Assembly (NCBI RefSeq): GCF_009914755.1
Contig: NC_060947.1
Direction: 5' to 3' (one strand)
From: the human T2T-CHM13v2.0 reference genome, Homo sapiens
Length of the DNA stretch: 64,000 nucleotides
Shown here: positions 37,751 to 57,002 of the stretch, piece by piece
How the letters are laid out: every line of letters begins with the position of its first letter
How positions within the stretch are numbered: the first letter of the stretch is position 1
Position numbers and translations under genes: made by a program
Notes under the pieces: generated by a model
What the model was told of the DNA's origin: nothing
Seen by the model: only the letters and a program-made list of their open reading frames with translations
Database searches by the model: none

Positions 37751-38069
37751 TCCCAGCTGTTTTTATGAGACTAGCTTAAACTTGGTACAAAAACCAAACA
37801 ATAACTAAATGACAAAGGAAAACCCACGGATCATTTAACTTTTGAATATGAATGCAACAATCCAGCAATATATGACAAAAGAAAAGATCAAAGTGGGTTT
37901 AGCCCAGGAATGCAGGAATAGTGTTACTTTGAAAAATCTGGTAATGTATTTCACATTAGCAGATCAAAGCCGAGGGATAAACTATGTGATCGCTCTAAGA
38001 GATACAGAGAAAGCATATAATAAAATTCAACATTCTTTCATGGTGACTAAAAAAAAAAAAAAAGTAGCA

Positions 38070-38369
38070 GGCCAGACTCAGTGGATCATGCCTGTAATCC
38101 TAGCATTTTGGGAGGTCAAGGTGGGCAGATCGCTTGAATTCAAGAGTTCAAGACCAGTCTGGGCAACATGGTGAAACGCTGTCTCTATAAAAAATACAAA
38201 AAATGTGGCCAGGTTTGGTGGTTGCATGTCTGTAGTCCCAGCTACTTGGGATGCTGAGGTGGGAGGATGGCTTGAGCTTGGGAGGCAGATGTTTCAGTGA
38301 GCTGAGATTGTGCCACTGTACTCCCACCTGGGAGCAAGACACAGTCAAAAAAAAAAAAAAAAAAAAAAA
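38070..38369 (+). mobile_element. AluJ-like
   Basis: Dimer and poly(A). Confidence 0.9.
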
Positions 38370-38465
38370 CCTTAGCAAACTAGAAATAGAACGGAACTTC
38401 CTTGAGCTAATAGAGAATAACCATTAAAAAACCCTACAAGCAATATCATTACTTAATGGTGAAAT

Positions 38466-38751
38466 ATTTTTATTTCTATTTTTAATTAATTCATTAGACA
38501 GGGTCTTGCTCTGTTGCCCAGGATGGATTGCAGCAGTAAAGACAGCTCACTGCAGCATCAACCTCCTGGGGTGAAGTGATCCTCTGCCTCAGCCTCCCTC
38601 ATAGCTGGAATCACAGGTATGCAACACACCCAGCTAATTCCTTTATTTTTTGTAGAGATGGGAGTGTCACATCATTGCCCAGGCTGGTCTCTTACTCCTG
38701 GGCTCAAGCAATCCTCCAGCCTTTGCCTCCCAAATAAACCGCCAAAAGGCC
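38466..38751 (-). mobile_element. AluJ-like with an altered 5' end
   Basis: TSD AATGGTGAAAT at ~38455 and ~38752. Confidence 0.88.
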
Positions 38752-39309
38752 AATGGTGAAATCTTAAAAGTGTTCACATTACTATCAGAGAAAAGCAAGA
38801 AATAAACAAAACTGTTATTATAGACACAGAGATAAATGTCCATGTAGAAAATGCCCCAAATTATTGACAAATTATTATAATCAGTAAGTTATTTTGTAAC
38901 AAGATGGAAGGGGGGAAAATTAATGCCTAAACTGTAACACACTTCTCAATCTCAGTGCAAAACTGAAAACATAATTTTTAAAAGATAATTTACAAATGTG
39001 GTAATAAATGCAAAGGTAGTAGGAATAAATTTAACAAAAGATGTATACGATGTTTGTGTATGGCATGAGAAAATTTTTTTTAATTTCTTTTTTTTAATTT
39101 TATTATTATTGTACTTTTAGTTTTAGGGTACATGTGCACAATGTGCAGGTTAGTTACATATGTATACATGTGCCATGCTGGTGTGATGCACCCATTAACT
39201 CGTCATTTAACATTAGGTATATCTCCTAATGCTATCCCTCCCCCCTCCTCCCACCCCACAACAGTCCCCAGAGTGTGATGTTCCCCTTCCTGTGTCCATG
39301 TGTTCTCAT

Positions 39310-43142
<3,833 letters not shown>

Positions 43143-43204
43143 TATGATGTTAGCTGGTTATTTTGTTCGTTAGTTGATGCAGTTTCTTCCTAGACTTGAT
43201 GGTC

Positions 43205-44187
43205 TTTACAATTTGGCATGATTTTGCAGCGGCTGGTACTGTTTGTTCCTTTCCATGTTTAGTGCTTCCTTCGGGAGCTCTTTTAGGGTGGGCCTGGTGG
43301 TGACAAAATCTCTCAGCATTTACTTGTCTGTAAAGGATTTTATTTCTCCTTCACTTATGAAGCTTAGTTTGGCTGGATATGAAATTCTGGGTTGAAATTT
43401 CTTTTCTGGCTTGTAGAGTCTCTGCTGAGAGATCCACTGTTAGTCTGATGGGCTTCCCTTTGTGCGTAACCCGACTTTTCTCTCTGACTGCCCTTAACAT
43501 TTTTTCCTTCATTTCAACTGTGGTGAATCTCACAATTATATGTCCTGGAGTTACTCTTCTTGAGGAGTATCTTTGTGGCATTCTCTGTATTTCCTGAATC
43601 TGAATGTTTGCCTGCCTTGCTAGATTGGGGAAGTTCTCCTGGATAATATCCTGCAGAGTGTTTTCCAACTTGCTTCCATTCTCCCCTTCACTTTCAGGTA
43701 CACCAACCAGACATAGATTTGGTCTTTTCACAGAGTCCCATATTTCTTGGAGGCTTTGTTCATTTCTTTTTACTCTTTTTTCTCTAAACTTCCCTTCTCG
43801 TTTCGTTTCATTCATTTCATCTTCCATCACTGATACCTTTTCTTCCAGTTGATCACATCGGCTCCTGAGGCTTCTGCATTCTTCACGTAGTTCTTGAGCC
43901 TTGGCTTTCAGCTCCATCAGCTCCTTTAAGCACTTCTCTGTATTGGTTATTCTAGTTATACATTTGTCTAAATTTTTTTCAAAGTTTTCAACTTCTTTTC
44001 CTTTGGTTTGAATTTCCTCCTGTAGCTCGGAGTAGTTTGGTCCTCTGAAACCTTCTTCTCTCAACTCGTCAAAGTCATTCTCCATCCAGCTTTGTTCCGT
44101 TGCTGGTGAGGAACTGCATTCCTTTGGAGGAGGAGAGGCACTCTGCTTTTTAGAGTTTCCAGTTTTTCTGCTCTGGTTTTTTCCACA
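43205..44187 (-). pseudogene. Disrupted L1 ORF1
   Basis: Coiled-coil/RRM peptide 43351-44085; early frameshift; ~35-nt deletion near 43405 between TTCT microhomologies. Confidence 0.92.
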
Positions 44188-44770
44188 TCTTTGTGGTTTT
44201 ATCTACTTTTTGTCTTTGATGATGGTGACATACAGATGGGTTCTTGGTGTGGATGTCCTTTCTGTTTGTTAGTTTTCCTTCTAACAGACAGGACCCTCAG
44301 CTGCAGGTCTGTTGGAGTTTGCTAGAGGTCCACTCAGACCCTGTTTGCCTGGTTATCAGCAGCACTGGCTGCAGAACAAGGGATATTCGTAAACCGCGAA
44401 TGCTGCTGTCTGATCGTTCCTCTGGAATTTTTGTCTCAGAGGAGTACCCGCCCGTGTGAGGTGTCAGTCTGCCCCTACTTGGGGGTTCCTCCCAGTTAGG
44501 CTATTCGGGGGTCAGGGGTCAGGGACCCACTTGTGTAGGGCGTCTGCTTGTTCTCAGATCTCCAGCTGCATGCTGGGAGAACCACTGCTCTCTTCAAAGC
44601 TGTCAGAGAGGGACATTTAAGTCTGCAGAGTTTATTGCTGTCTTTTTGTTTGTCTGTGCCCTGCCCCCAGAGGTGGAGCCTAAGGAGGCAGGGTGGCCTC
44701 CTTGAGCTGTGGTGGGCTCCACCCAGTTCGAGCTTCCTGGCTGCTTTGTTTACCAAAGCAAGCATGGGCT

Positions 44771-44986
44771 ATAGTGGGCGCCCCTCCCCCAGCCTCATTG
44801 CCGCCTTGCAGTTTGATCTCAGACTGCTGTGCTAGCAATCAGCGAGACTCCGTGGGCATAGGACCCTCCAAGGCAGGTGGGGGATTTAATCTCCTGGTGT
44901 TCCACTTTTTAAGCCCATTGAAAAAGTGCAGTATTAGGGTGGGAGTGATGGATTTTGCAGGTGCCATCTGTCACCCCTTTCTTTGA
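44771..44986 (+). pseudogene. L1 antisense ORF0 homologue; frame open but start codon is ATA
   Basis: 71 codons (I)VGAPPPASLPPCSLISDCCASNQRDS...HPFL*, matching the recalled ORF0 peptide. Confidence 0.8.
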
Positions 44987-45257
44987 CTAGGAAAGGGAAC
45001 TCCCTGACCCCTTGCACTTCCCGAGTGAGGCAATGCCTCACCCTGCTTCGGCTCGTGCATGGTGCGCTGCACCTACTGTCCTGCACCCACTCTCTGGCAC
45101 TCCCTAGTGAGATGAACCCGGTACCTCAGATGGAAATGCAGAAATCACCTGTCTTCTGCATCTCTCCCACTGGGAGCTGTAGACTGGAGCTGTTCCTATT
45201 CGGCCATCTTGGCTGCCTGATCCAGGCATGAGAAAAATTTTATTGAAAGACATTAAA

Positions 45258-45562
45258 GGCTGTGCACAGTGGCTCATGCCTATAATCCCAGTATTTTGGG
45301 AGGACAAGGCAGGAGGATCACTTGAGGACAGGAGTTCGAGACCAGCCTGGGCAAGATAGCAATATCTCACCTCTACAAAATAATTTAAAATTAGCCAGGC
45401 ATTGTGGCATGTTCCTGCCATCTCAGCTACTCAGAAGGTTGAGGTGGGAGGATTACTTGAGCCTGGGAGGTTGAGGCTGCGGTGAGTCATGATTATGCCA
45501 GTGCACTTCAGCTTGGGCAACAGAGCAAGACCCTGTCTCAAAAAAAAAAAAAAAAAAAAAAG
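45258..45562 (+). mobile_element. AluJ-like
   Basis: Dimer and poly(A); TSD AGACATTAAA. Confidence 0.92.
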
Positions 45563-46289
45563 ACAGACATTAAAGAAGAGCTAAATGTAGGGAGACATGT
45601 AACATCCTCATGGAAAGAAAAAAACTATTTCATAGAGATGCCATGGCTTCCAATATTAATGTATGCATTCAGTGCAATTTCAATAGAATTTCAACAGCAT
45701 ATTTATGACATTTGGCAAGCTGATTCTAAAATTTTTATGAAAAAGAAAACTACCAAGTACAGCCAAGATATTTCCAAAGAAGACAAAAAGTTAGGGTTTT
45801 TGCCATACCAAATGTCAACATTTACCATAATTCTATAGAAATTAAGACAGTGTGATTTTAGTGTAGGGATACAGAAATACACTAGTGCAACAGTACAAAG
45901 GCCCCATAAAATGACCAATGCACATAATGAAAGCTTATTAATTACATAGCTTGCATAAGGATCTTGAGGAAAAGAGTCAGTAAATGGTACTGAGAAATTG
46001 ATTATCAATTTGGGGAAAAGATAATTGTAATCCTAATTCACATCACATACAATTTTATTTCAGTTGGATTAAGGAGTCAAATATGAAAGAAAACTGTAAC
46101 ATTTTAGAAGATAATATAGGAAAATGTCTTTATGACTTTTAGGTAAAAAGTGAGTTTTCAACAAGTCACACACACATAAATGATCATAAAATAACAGAGT
46201 AGCAAAATCCCCAAATTCTGTTTATCAAAAGAGTATGTAAGAAGACTTGTACATCGAAAACTGCAAAAAAGTATAAATAACCCTTATAC

Positions 46290-46608
46290 ACTGAGCAGTG
46301 GTTCATGTTTGTAATCTCAGTACTTTGGGAGGCCGAGGCAGGTGGATTTCTTGTGCCCTTGAGTTCGAGACAAGCCAGGGTAACATAGCACGACCCCATC
46401 TCTACAAAAGCTTTTAAAAAACTAGCCAGATGTGGTGGTTTGTGCCTATAGTTCTATCTATGTGAAAGCCTGAGATGGAAGGGTCACTTGAGCCCAGTAG
46501 TTTGAGGTTGCAGTGAGCTACGATTGTGCCACTGCACTCCAATCTGAACAAAAGAGTGAGACCTTGTCCCTAAAAAGGAAAAGAAAAAGAAAAGAAAAGA
46601 AAAAAGAG
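46290..46608 (+). mobile_element. AluJ-like
   Basis: Dimer and (GAAAA)n tail. Confidence 0.88.
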
Positions 46609-46872
46609 AACACTTAAACTTAATGAAAAGACAAATAACCCAATTTAAAAATGAGAAAAAGGTCTGAATAGATATTTTAACAAAGAAGATATAAAATAAC
46701 CAATAAACATATGAATGGATGCTCAACCTCATTAGTCAATAAGAAAATGCAAATCAAAATCATGAGAAAATACCACTGTTCGCCCGTGAGGATGACTGTA
46801 AGAAAAATGTCAGAGGATAACAAGTATTGGTGAAGATGTAGAGAAATTGAGACACTCACGTTGATAGTGGAA

Positions 46873-46874
46873 AT

Positions 46875-46905
<31 letters not shown>

Positions 46906-47330
46906 TTTTTGTACTTTTAAGTTTTAGGGTACATGTGCACAACATGCAGGTTTGTTACATATGTATACATGTGCCATGTTGGTGTGCTGCACCCATTAAC
47001 TCGTCATTTAACATTAGGTATATCTCCTAATGCTATCCCTCCCACCTCCCCCCACCCCACAACAGGCCCCGGTGTGTGATGTTTGCCTTCCTGGGTCCAT
47101 GTGTTCTCATTGTTCAATTCCCACCTATGAGTGAGAACATGCGGTGTTTGGTTTTTTGTCCTTGCGATAGTTTGCTGAGAATGATCGTTTCCAGCTTCAC
47201 CCATGTCCCTACAAAGGACATGAACTCATCCTTTTTTATGGCTGCATAGTATTCCATGGTGTATATGTGCCACATTTTCTTAATCCAGTCTATCATTGTT
47301 GGACATTTGGGTTGGTTCCCAACCCAAATG
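46873..47330 (-). mobile_element. Short L1PA 3' end with (TTTA)n tail and a 12-nt 5' micro-inversion
   Basis: Antisense 3'UTR/ORF2 end; junction catttgggttgg-ttc-ccaacccaaatg. Confidence 0.92.
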
Positions 47331-47367
47331 GAAAATAGTCTGGCAGTTCCTCAAAAAAGCTGAAATA

Positions 47368-47500
47368 GGTTGTGTGCAGTGTCTCACTACAGTAATCCCA
47401 TCACTTTTTGGCACCAAGGCAGGAGGATCACTTGAGGCCAAGAATTAAAGACCAGCCTGCTTAGCACAGCAAGAACCCGTCTCTACAAAAAAAATATAAA
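47368..47500 (+). mobile_element. Alu monomer (FLAM-like)
   Basis: Single Alu arm and A-rich tail. Confidence 0.8.
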
Positions 47501-47529
47501 TAAATAAAGCTAAAAAAAAAGCTAGGCAT

Positions 47530-48860
47530 TACACATTTACAGCCATCATCTGATCTTCAATAAACCTGACAGAAACAAGCAATGGGGAAATAATTCCCTA
47601 TTTAATAAGTGGTGCTGGGAAAACTGGTGAGCTATTTGCAGAAAACTAAAACTGGACTCCTTCTTTACACCCTATACAAAAATTAACTTAAGATGGATTA
47701 AAGACTTAAATAAATGTAAAGTCCAAAACCATAAAAAACCCTAGAAGAAAACCTAGGCATTACCATTCAGGACATAGGCATGGGCAAAGATTTTATTATG
47801 GAAACATCAAAAGCAATTGCAACAAAAGCCAGAATTGACAAATGGGATCTAATTAAACTAAACAGCTTCTGCACAGCAAAAGAAACTATCATCAGAGTGA
47901 ACAGGCAAACCACAGACTAGAGGAAAATTTTTCAATCTACCCATCTGACAAAGGTCTAGTATCCAGACTCTACAAGGAACTTAAACAAATTTACAAGAAA
48001 ATCACAAACAACTCCATCAAAAAGTGGGCAAAGGATATGAAGAGACACTTCTCAAAGGAAGACATTCATGTGGCCAAAAAACACATGAAAAAAGCTTAAC
48101 ATCACTGTTCATTAGAGAAATGCAAATCAAAACCACAATGAGATAAAATCTCATGACAGTCAGAATGGTGATTATTAAAAAGTCAAGAAAAAACAGATGC
48201 TGGCAAGGATGTGGAGAAATAAGAATGCTTTTACACTGTTGGTGGGAATGTAAATTAGTTCAACCATTGTGGAAGACAGTGTGGTGATTCCTCAAGGATC
48301 TAGAACCGAAAATGCCATTTGACCCAGCCATCCCATTACTGGGTATATACTCAAAGAAATATAAACCATTCTACTATATAGACACATGCACACATATGTT
48401 TATTACAGCACTATCTACAATAGCAAAGAAATGAAACCAACCCAAATGCCCATCAATGATCGACTGAATAGAGAAAATGTGGTACATATACACCATGGAA
48501 TACCATGCAGCCATGAAAAGGAATGAGATCATGTCCTTTTCAGGGACATGAATAAAGTTGGAAGCCATCATCCTCAACAAACTATCACAGGAACAGAAAA
48601 CCAAACACCACATATTCTCACTCACAAGTGGGTGTTGAACAATGAGAACACGTGGACACAGGGAGGGGAAAAACACACACCAGGGCCTGTTGGTGGGGGC
48701 AACAGGAGGGAGAGCATTAGGACAAATAGCTAATGCACACAGGGCTTAACACATAGATGTTGGGTTGATAGGTGCAGCAAACCACCAAGGCACAAATATA
48801 CCTGTGTAACAAACCTGCATGTTCTGCACAGGTATCCCGAGACTTAAAGTAAAAAAAAAG
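47530..48860 (+). mobile_element. 5'-truncated L1PA7/8-like element
   Basis: ORF2 end, 3'UTR ggagagcattaggacaaatagctaatgca, poly(A). Confidence 0.9.
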
Positions 48861-49269
48861 AAATGAGCAAAAAAGCAAATTAAACTTAGAATAAGCAAAT
48901 GAAAGGAAATAAGGAAGGTTAGACTGGAAGTCAATAAAGTAGAGAACAGAAAAATGATTTTATAAGTCAATTAAATCAAAGTTAGTTCTTTGAAAAGAGC
49001 AATAACATTGATAAATTTCTTACAAGACTAATCGGCAAAAAAGAGAGAAGACGCAAATTGGTGGTATTGAGAATGGGAGAGGTGACATCAATACACATTT
49101 TATAGATGATAAAAAGTTAAAAAGGGAACATTATGTACAACTTTATGTTGATAAATTTGACAAGTTATAAAAAATTAACAAATTACTTGAAAGGCAAACT
49201 ACTGAAGCTCACTTAATAAGAGACAGATAACTTGTATAGCCTAAATCTCTTTTAAAAATTGAACTTTCA

Positions 49270-49395
<126 letters not shown>

Positions 49396-49489
49396 TGAAC
49401 TTTCAGTTCATAACCTTCCCACAAATAAAGCACTAAGTCCATATAATTTTACTGGCTAATTCATCCAAAAATTTAAGAAATAATACCAT

Positions 49490-49790
49490 TGGACATGATG
49501 TCACAGGCCTGTAATCTCAGCACTTTGGGAGGCTGAAGTGGGATGATTACTTGAGCTCATGAGTTTGAGACCAGCCTGGGAAGAATCATGAAACTTTGTC
49601 TCTGCTGAAAAGTTTCTTTTAAAAAAATTGCTGGGTGTGGCAGTGCACACCCATCCCAGCTACTTGGGAGGCTGTGGTGGGAGGATTCCTTGAGTCAGGA
49701 GTTTGAGACCACTGTGAGCTGTGATGGCACCACTGCACCCCGGCCTGGGTGACAGAGTGAGACTCTGTCTCGAGAAATAAAAAAAAAAGG
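49490..49790 (+). mobile_element. AluJ-like
   Basis: Dimer and A tail. Confidence 0.88.
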
Positions 49791-50182
49791 AAAAAGAATG
49801 AATACCTATTCTATAGCAACTCTTCCTGAAAATTGAAGGGGAGAGAATATTTCACAACTCATTCTATGAGACAAGCATTACTCTAATACCAAAACAAACA
49901 GACACAGTACAAGAAATGAAAACTACAAATATCCCTCATAAGCATAGATGCCGATATTCTAAACTAAATTTCATTAAATCAAATTCAACAATATAAAAAA
50001 TATATTATGGTCAAGTAAGAATGCTGGGTTGAACAAATACTTCTGAAAAGAAGACATAAACACATCCAACAAGCATATGGAAAAATGCTCAACATCATTA
50101 ATCATTAGAGACTTGCAAATCAAAACCACAATGAGATACTATCTCATGCCAGTAAGAATGGCTATTTAAAAAGTTAAAAGAT

Positions 50183-50476
50183 AGGCTGGGTGCGGTGCCT
50201 CATGCCTGTAATCCCAGCACATTGGGAGGCCAAGGCAGGCGGATCATTTGAGGTCAGGAGTTCAAGACCAGCCTGGCCAACATGGTGAAACCCTGTCTCT
50301 ATTAACAATACAAAAAAATGAGTCAGGTGTGGTGGTGCACGCCTTATATTTTCGGCTACTCTGGGGGCTGAGGCATGAAAATCACTTGAACCCAGGAGGT
50401 GGAGGTTGCAGTGAGCCGAGATTGCACCACTGCACCCCAACCTGGGTGACAGAGTGAGACTCTGTCTCAAAAAATA
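50183..50476 (+). mobile_element. AluS-like
   Basis: Dimer starting ggctgggtgcggtg. Confidence 0.92.
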
Positions 50477-50767
50477 ACAAATGATGAGGCTGTGAAGAAA
50501 AGGGAACACTTATACACTGCTGGTGGGAATGTAAATTATTTCAGCCACTGTGGGAAGCAGTTTGGAGATTTCTCAAACAACTTAAGACAGAGCTACCATT
50601 CAACCCAGCAATGCCATAACTGGATATATACCCAAAGGAATATAAATACTTCTACCAAAAAGACACACACATGGATATGTTTATCACAGTCCTATGCACA
50701 ATATCAAAGACAAAAATCCAACTAGATGTCCATCGGTTGTGGACTGGTTAAAGAAAATATGGCACAA

Positions 50768-51076
50768 AGACAGGCGTGGTGGTTCACACCTGTAATCCCA
50801 GGACTTTGGGAGGCTGAGGAGGGCGAATCACTTGAGCTCAAGAGTTTGAAACCAACCTTGGCAACATGGCGAAACGCTGTCTCTATTAAAAATACAAAAA
50901 TAAAAATAAAAAATCAGCTGGACATGGTGGCACTTGCTTGCGATCTCAGCTACTCGGGAGGCTGAGCTTGCTGTGAGCTGAGATTGCGCCACTGCACTTC
51001 ATCTTGGGTGACAGAGTGAGACACTGTCTTAAAAAAGAAGAAGAAAGAAGAAAAAGAAGAAGGAGGAGGAGGAGGA
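50768..51076 (+). mobile_element. Alu with a right-arm deletion and (GAA)/(GGA) tail
   Basis: gaggctgag fused directly to cttgctgtgagc. Confidence 0.88.
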
Positions 51077-51518
51077 GAAAATGTGATATATATACACCAT
51101 GGAATACTACAAAGCCATAAAAAAAAAAAGAAACCATGTCCTTTGCAGCAGCACGGATGGAGCTAGAGGCTGAGGTGGGGAGAATGGGAGGAGGGTGAGA
51201 GTTGAAAAACTATCTATTGAGTACCATACTTACTAATTGGGTGATAAAATCATTTGTACAGCAAACCCCACTGACACGCAATCTACCAGTGTAACCAACC
51301 TGCACATGTACCCCCTGAACCTAAAATAAAAATTTTCAAAAGAAAAACAAAGGAATGCTTGGTTGGCTTAATACTTACTACATATGGATACATATGCAAA
51401 AAAAGAAACTTTGATCCATACCTTGCACTATATGCAATAATTAACTCAAAATGGCTCATAGACCTAGCTGTAAAATCCCCAACCCTAAGTTTTCTAGGAG
51501 AAAATCTTTGTTTCTTGA

Positions 51519-51895
51519 TGTCATGGACTGAATGTGTCCTCACCAAACTTCATATGTAGAAGTCCTAACCCCCAATCTGACTGTATTTGGAGAAGGGCCA
51601 ATTATGATTAAATGAGGACATAAACATGTGGCCCTAATCCAATACGGTAGTACTGACGTCCTTATAAGAAGAGTAAGAGACACCAGACACCAGGGATCTA
51701 TCTCTCTTTCCACTCACAAAGGAAAGTCCATGTGGAAAACACAGTGAGAAAGTGGTCATTTTCAAACCAGGAATAGAAAATTCACCAGGTGCCAAACGGT
51801 TGGCACCTTGATCTTGGACTTCCAGCCTCCAGATTGAGAAAATAAATGTTTTTTAAGCTATCCAATCTGTGTTACCTTGTTATGACAGCCTGAGA
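51519..51895 (+). mobile_element. MLT1A/B-type MaLR solo LTR
   Basis: tgtcatggactgaatgtgtcc...gcaccttgatcttggacttccagcctccaga...ttgttatgacagcc. Confidence 0.85.
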
Positions 51896-52255
51896 TGGTT
51901 TAGGCAAGTCTTAGATATGTCACCAAAAGCAGGATCCATTAAAAAAAAGATAAATTGGACTTCATTAAAATTAAAATATTCTGTTTTCAAAATGTATTTC
52001 TGGGAGAATGAAAAGACAAGCCAAAGATGTTGAGAAAATATTTGCATAGCAGATTTTGATAAACAATCTGTATCCAAATTATACATATAAGGAATTTTCA
52101 AGTCTTAATGCTATGAAAATAACCCAATAACAAAATGGACAAATTATTTGCACAGACATGTTACCAAAGAGGCTAACATGGGTGGCAAATAAGCACATAA
52201 AAAGATGTTTATCATTATTAGTAATTAGAGAAGTGCAAATTTAAACCACAATGTA

Positions 52256-52420
52256 GGCTGGATGTGGTGGTTCCCACCTGTAATTCCAACACTTTGGGAG
52301 GTGAAGAGGAGTACTTGAGACCAGGAGGTTGAAGCTGCAGTGGGTCGTGATTGCACCACTGCACTTCAGTCTGGTGACAGAGTGAGATCCTGTCTCAAAA
52401 AACAAAATTAAATAAATAAA
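52256..52420 (+). mobile_element. Alu monomer or internally deleted Alu
   Basis: TSD AAACCACAA. Confidence 0.82.
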
Positions 52421-52512
52421 ACCACAAGGGGATACCACCGTTGGCAGAGATGTGGAGGAATTGGTGGCCTGAATGAAAAATGATAAAACCACATTGGAAA
52501 ACAGCTTGGCAG

Positions 52513-54565
<2,053 letters not shown>

Positions 54566-54696
54566 AAAACAGTTGGCATTTTCTAAAAAAGTTAAACATA
54601 TACATACCACATGATCTGTCCTTTCAAATTCTAGGTATTTACCCAAGAGAAGGGAAAACATACATCCACACAAAACTTGTACATGAATGTTCATAG

Positions 54697-55065
<369 letters not shown>

Positions 55066-55489
55066 TGACCTAAATGTCCCTTAATGACTTAATAAATAAA
55101 CACATCTTGGTATATCCATAAACTTGAATATTACTTAGCAATATAAAGAAATGAACCATTGACACTAAACAGCTGCATGATTAACAACATAATTATGTTG
55201 AGTGAAAAATCCAGATAAATAAGAATATATACTTTATGGTTCCATTATATGAATCTCTAGATAATTCAAACTAATTTATGCTGATAGAAAATATGTCAAT
55301 GATTTCCTGGGAATGGGTGGGAGGGATTGCAAAGGGACATGAAAAAATGTTTGGGAGTGGTGGATTTGTTCATGTTCTTGATTGTGATGTTGGTTTTGTG
55401 GCTTTATGCATATATCTGAAGTTATCTAATGGTACACTTTATACATGTGCACTTTACTAGATATCAATTATACCTTAATAAAGCTGTCC

Positions 55490-56430
55490 AAATGTATCAA
55501 CAACAACCATAAATCCAAATAACAATGGATTAAATAAGATAGGGTCATTTTTTTCTCTCTCATCATAACAAGAAGTACAGAGATGGGCAGTCCAGGGCAG
55601 GAACAGTGGCTCCAAGGATGTCAGAATAAGGTTTCCGATTCTTTTGGCTTTTCTCTCATGGTGGAGCACAGTATGGCTGCTGACACTCCAGTCATTACTT
55701 ACACATTTCAGTGAGGAAGAAGGATCAATTACAAAGGGAAAATTATATGTGTTATCTGAGCTTCTTTCATATTTCTGAAAACATACACACAAGCTGCTAT
55801 GGTTTAGATATGTTTTTTTGCCTCTTGTTAAAATTTGATCCCCAGTATTCAAAGTGGGGCGTGGTGGGAGGTATCTGGTCATTGTGGCAGATTCCTCATG
55901 AATGGATTAGTGTGATCCTGGTAGTAATGAGTGATTTCTCCCTGTATTACCCACTCCCTAGCTGATTGTTAAAAAGAGCCTGACACCTCCTACACTCTGT
56001 CTTGCCTCCTTTCTCATCATATTATCTCTGCACGCACCATCTCCCTTTCCCCTTCCTTCATGAATGGAAGCAGCCTAAGGCCCTCCCAAACGCTGGCACC
56101 TTGCTTCTTATACAGCCTGCAGAAATGTAAGCCAAATTAACCTCTTCTCTTTTTAAATTATCCAGCCTCAGGCATTCCTTTATTAGGAAAACGAATGGAC
56201 TAAGACACACCCATATTTTAAGAGCTTGCCACAAAGTGCCACCAAATAACTTTTGGTTACATTTATTGTCCAGTACTGTGTTGCATGACCATCCTTATCT
56301 GCAAGGAGGTAGGGAAGTGTTGACTCCTTAAAGTCTGCGAACATTTCTACCCCTAACAAAATCAGAGTTCTTTTAGTCAGAGAGAAGGGGAGACTGGATA
56401 TTGAATAGACAATTAGCAATCTCCACCACA
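55490..56430. mobile_element. Old MLT1-type LTR interrupted by an MST LTR
   Basis: caatggattaaataagatag...tccagggcagg...cacatttcag; catttattgtccagtactg...gcaaggaggtagggaag. Confidence 0.55.
55795..56207 (+). mobile_element. MSTA/B-type MaLR solo LTR
   Basis: TGCTATGGTTT...AATGGACTAAGACA termini. Confidence 0.88.
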
Positions 56431-56435
56431 GATGA

Positions 56436-56766
<331 letters not shown>

Positions 56767-56779
56767 AGAGCTACCTTAG

Positions 56780-56954
56780 TCTGATAAAAAGTTTCTACAA
56801 AAAGTGTACAGCAGACATCACACTTAAAAGTGAAACATTAGAAGTATTTCTTTCAAAGTCAGGAAGAAGACAAGGAGGCCCATTACTAGTAAATACCTTC
56901 TACTACCACCACTACTACTCAATGCTGTTCAAAAGGTTTTAGCTGGTACAGTAA

Positions 56955-57002
<48 letters not shown>

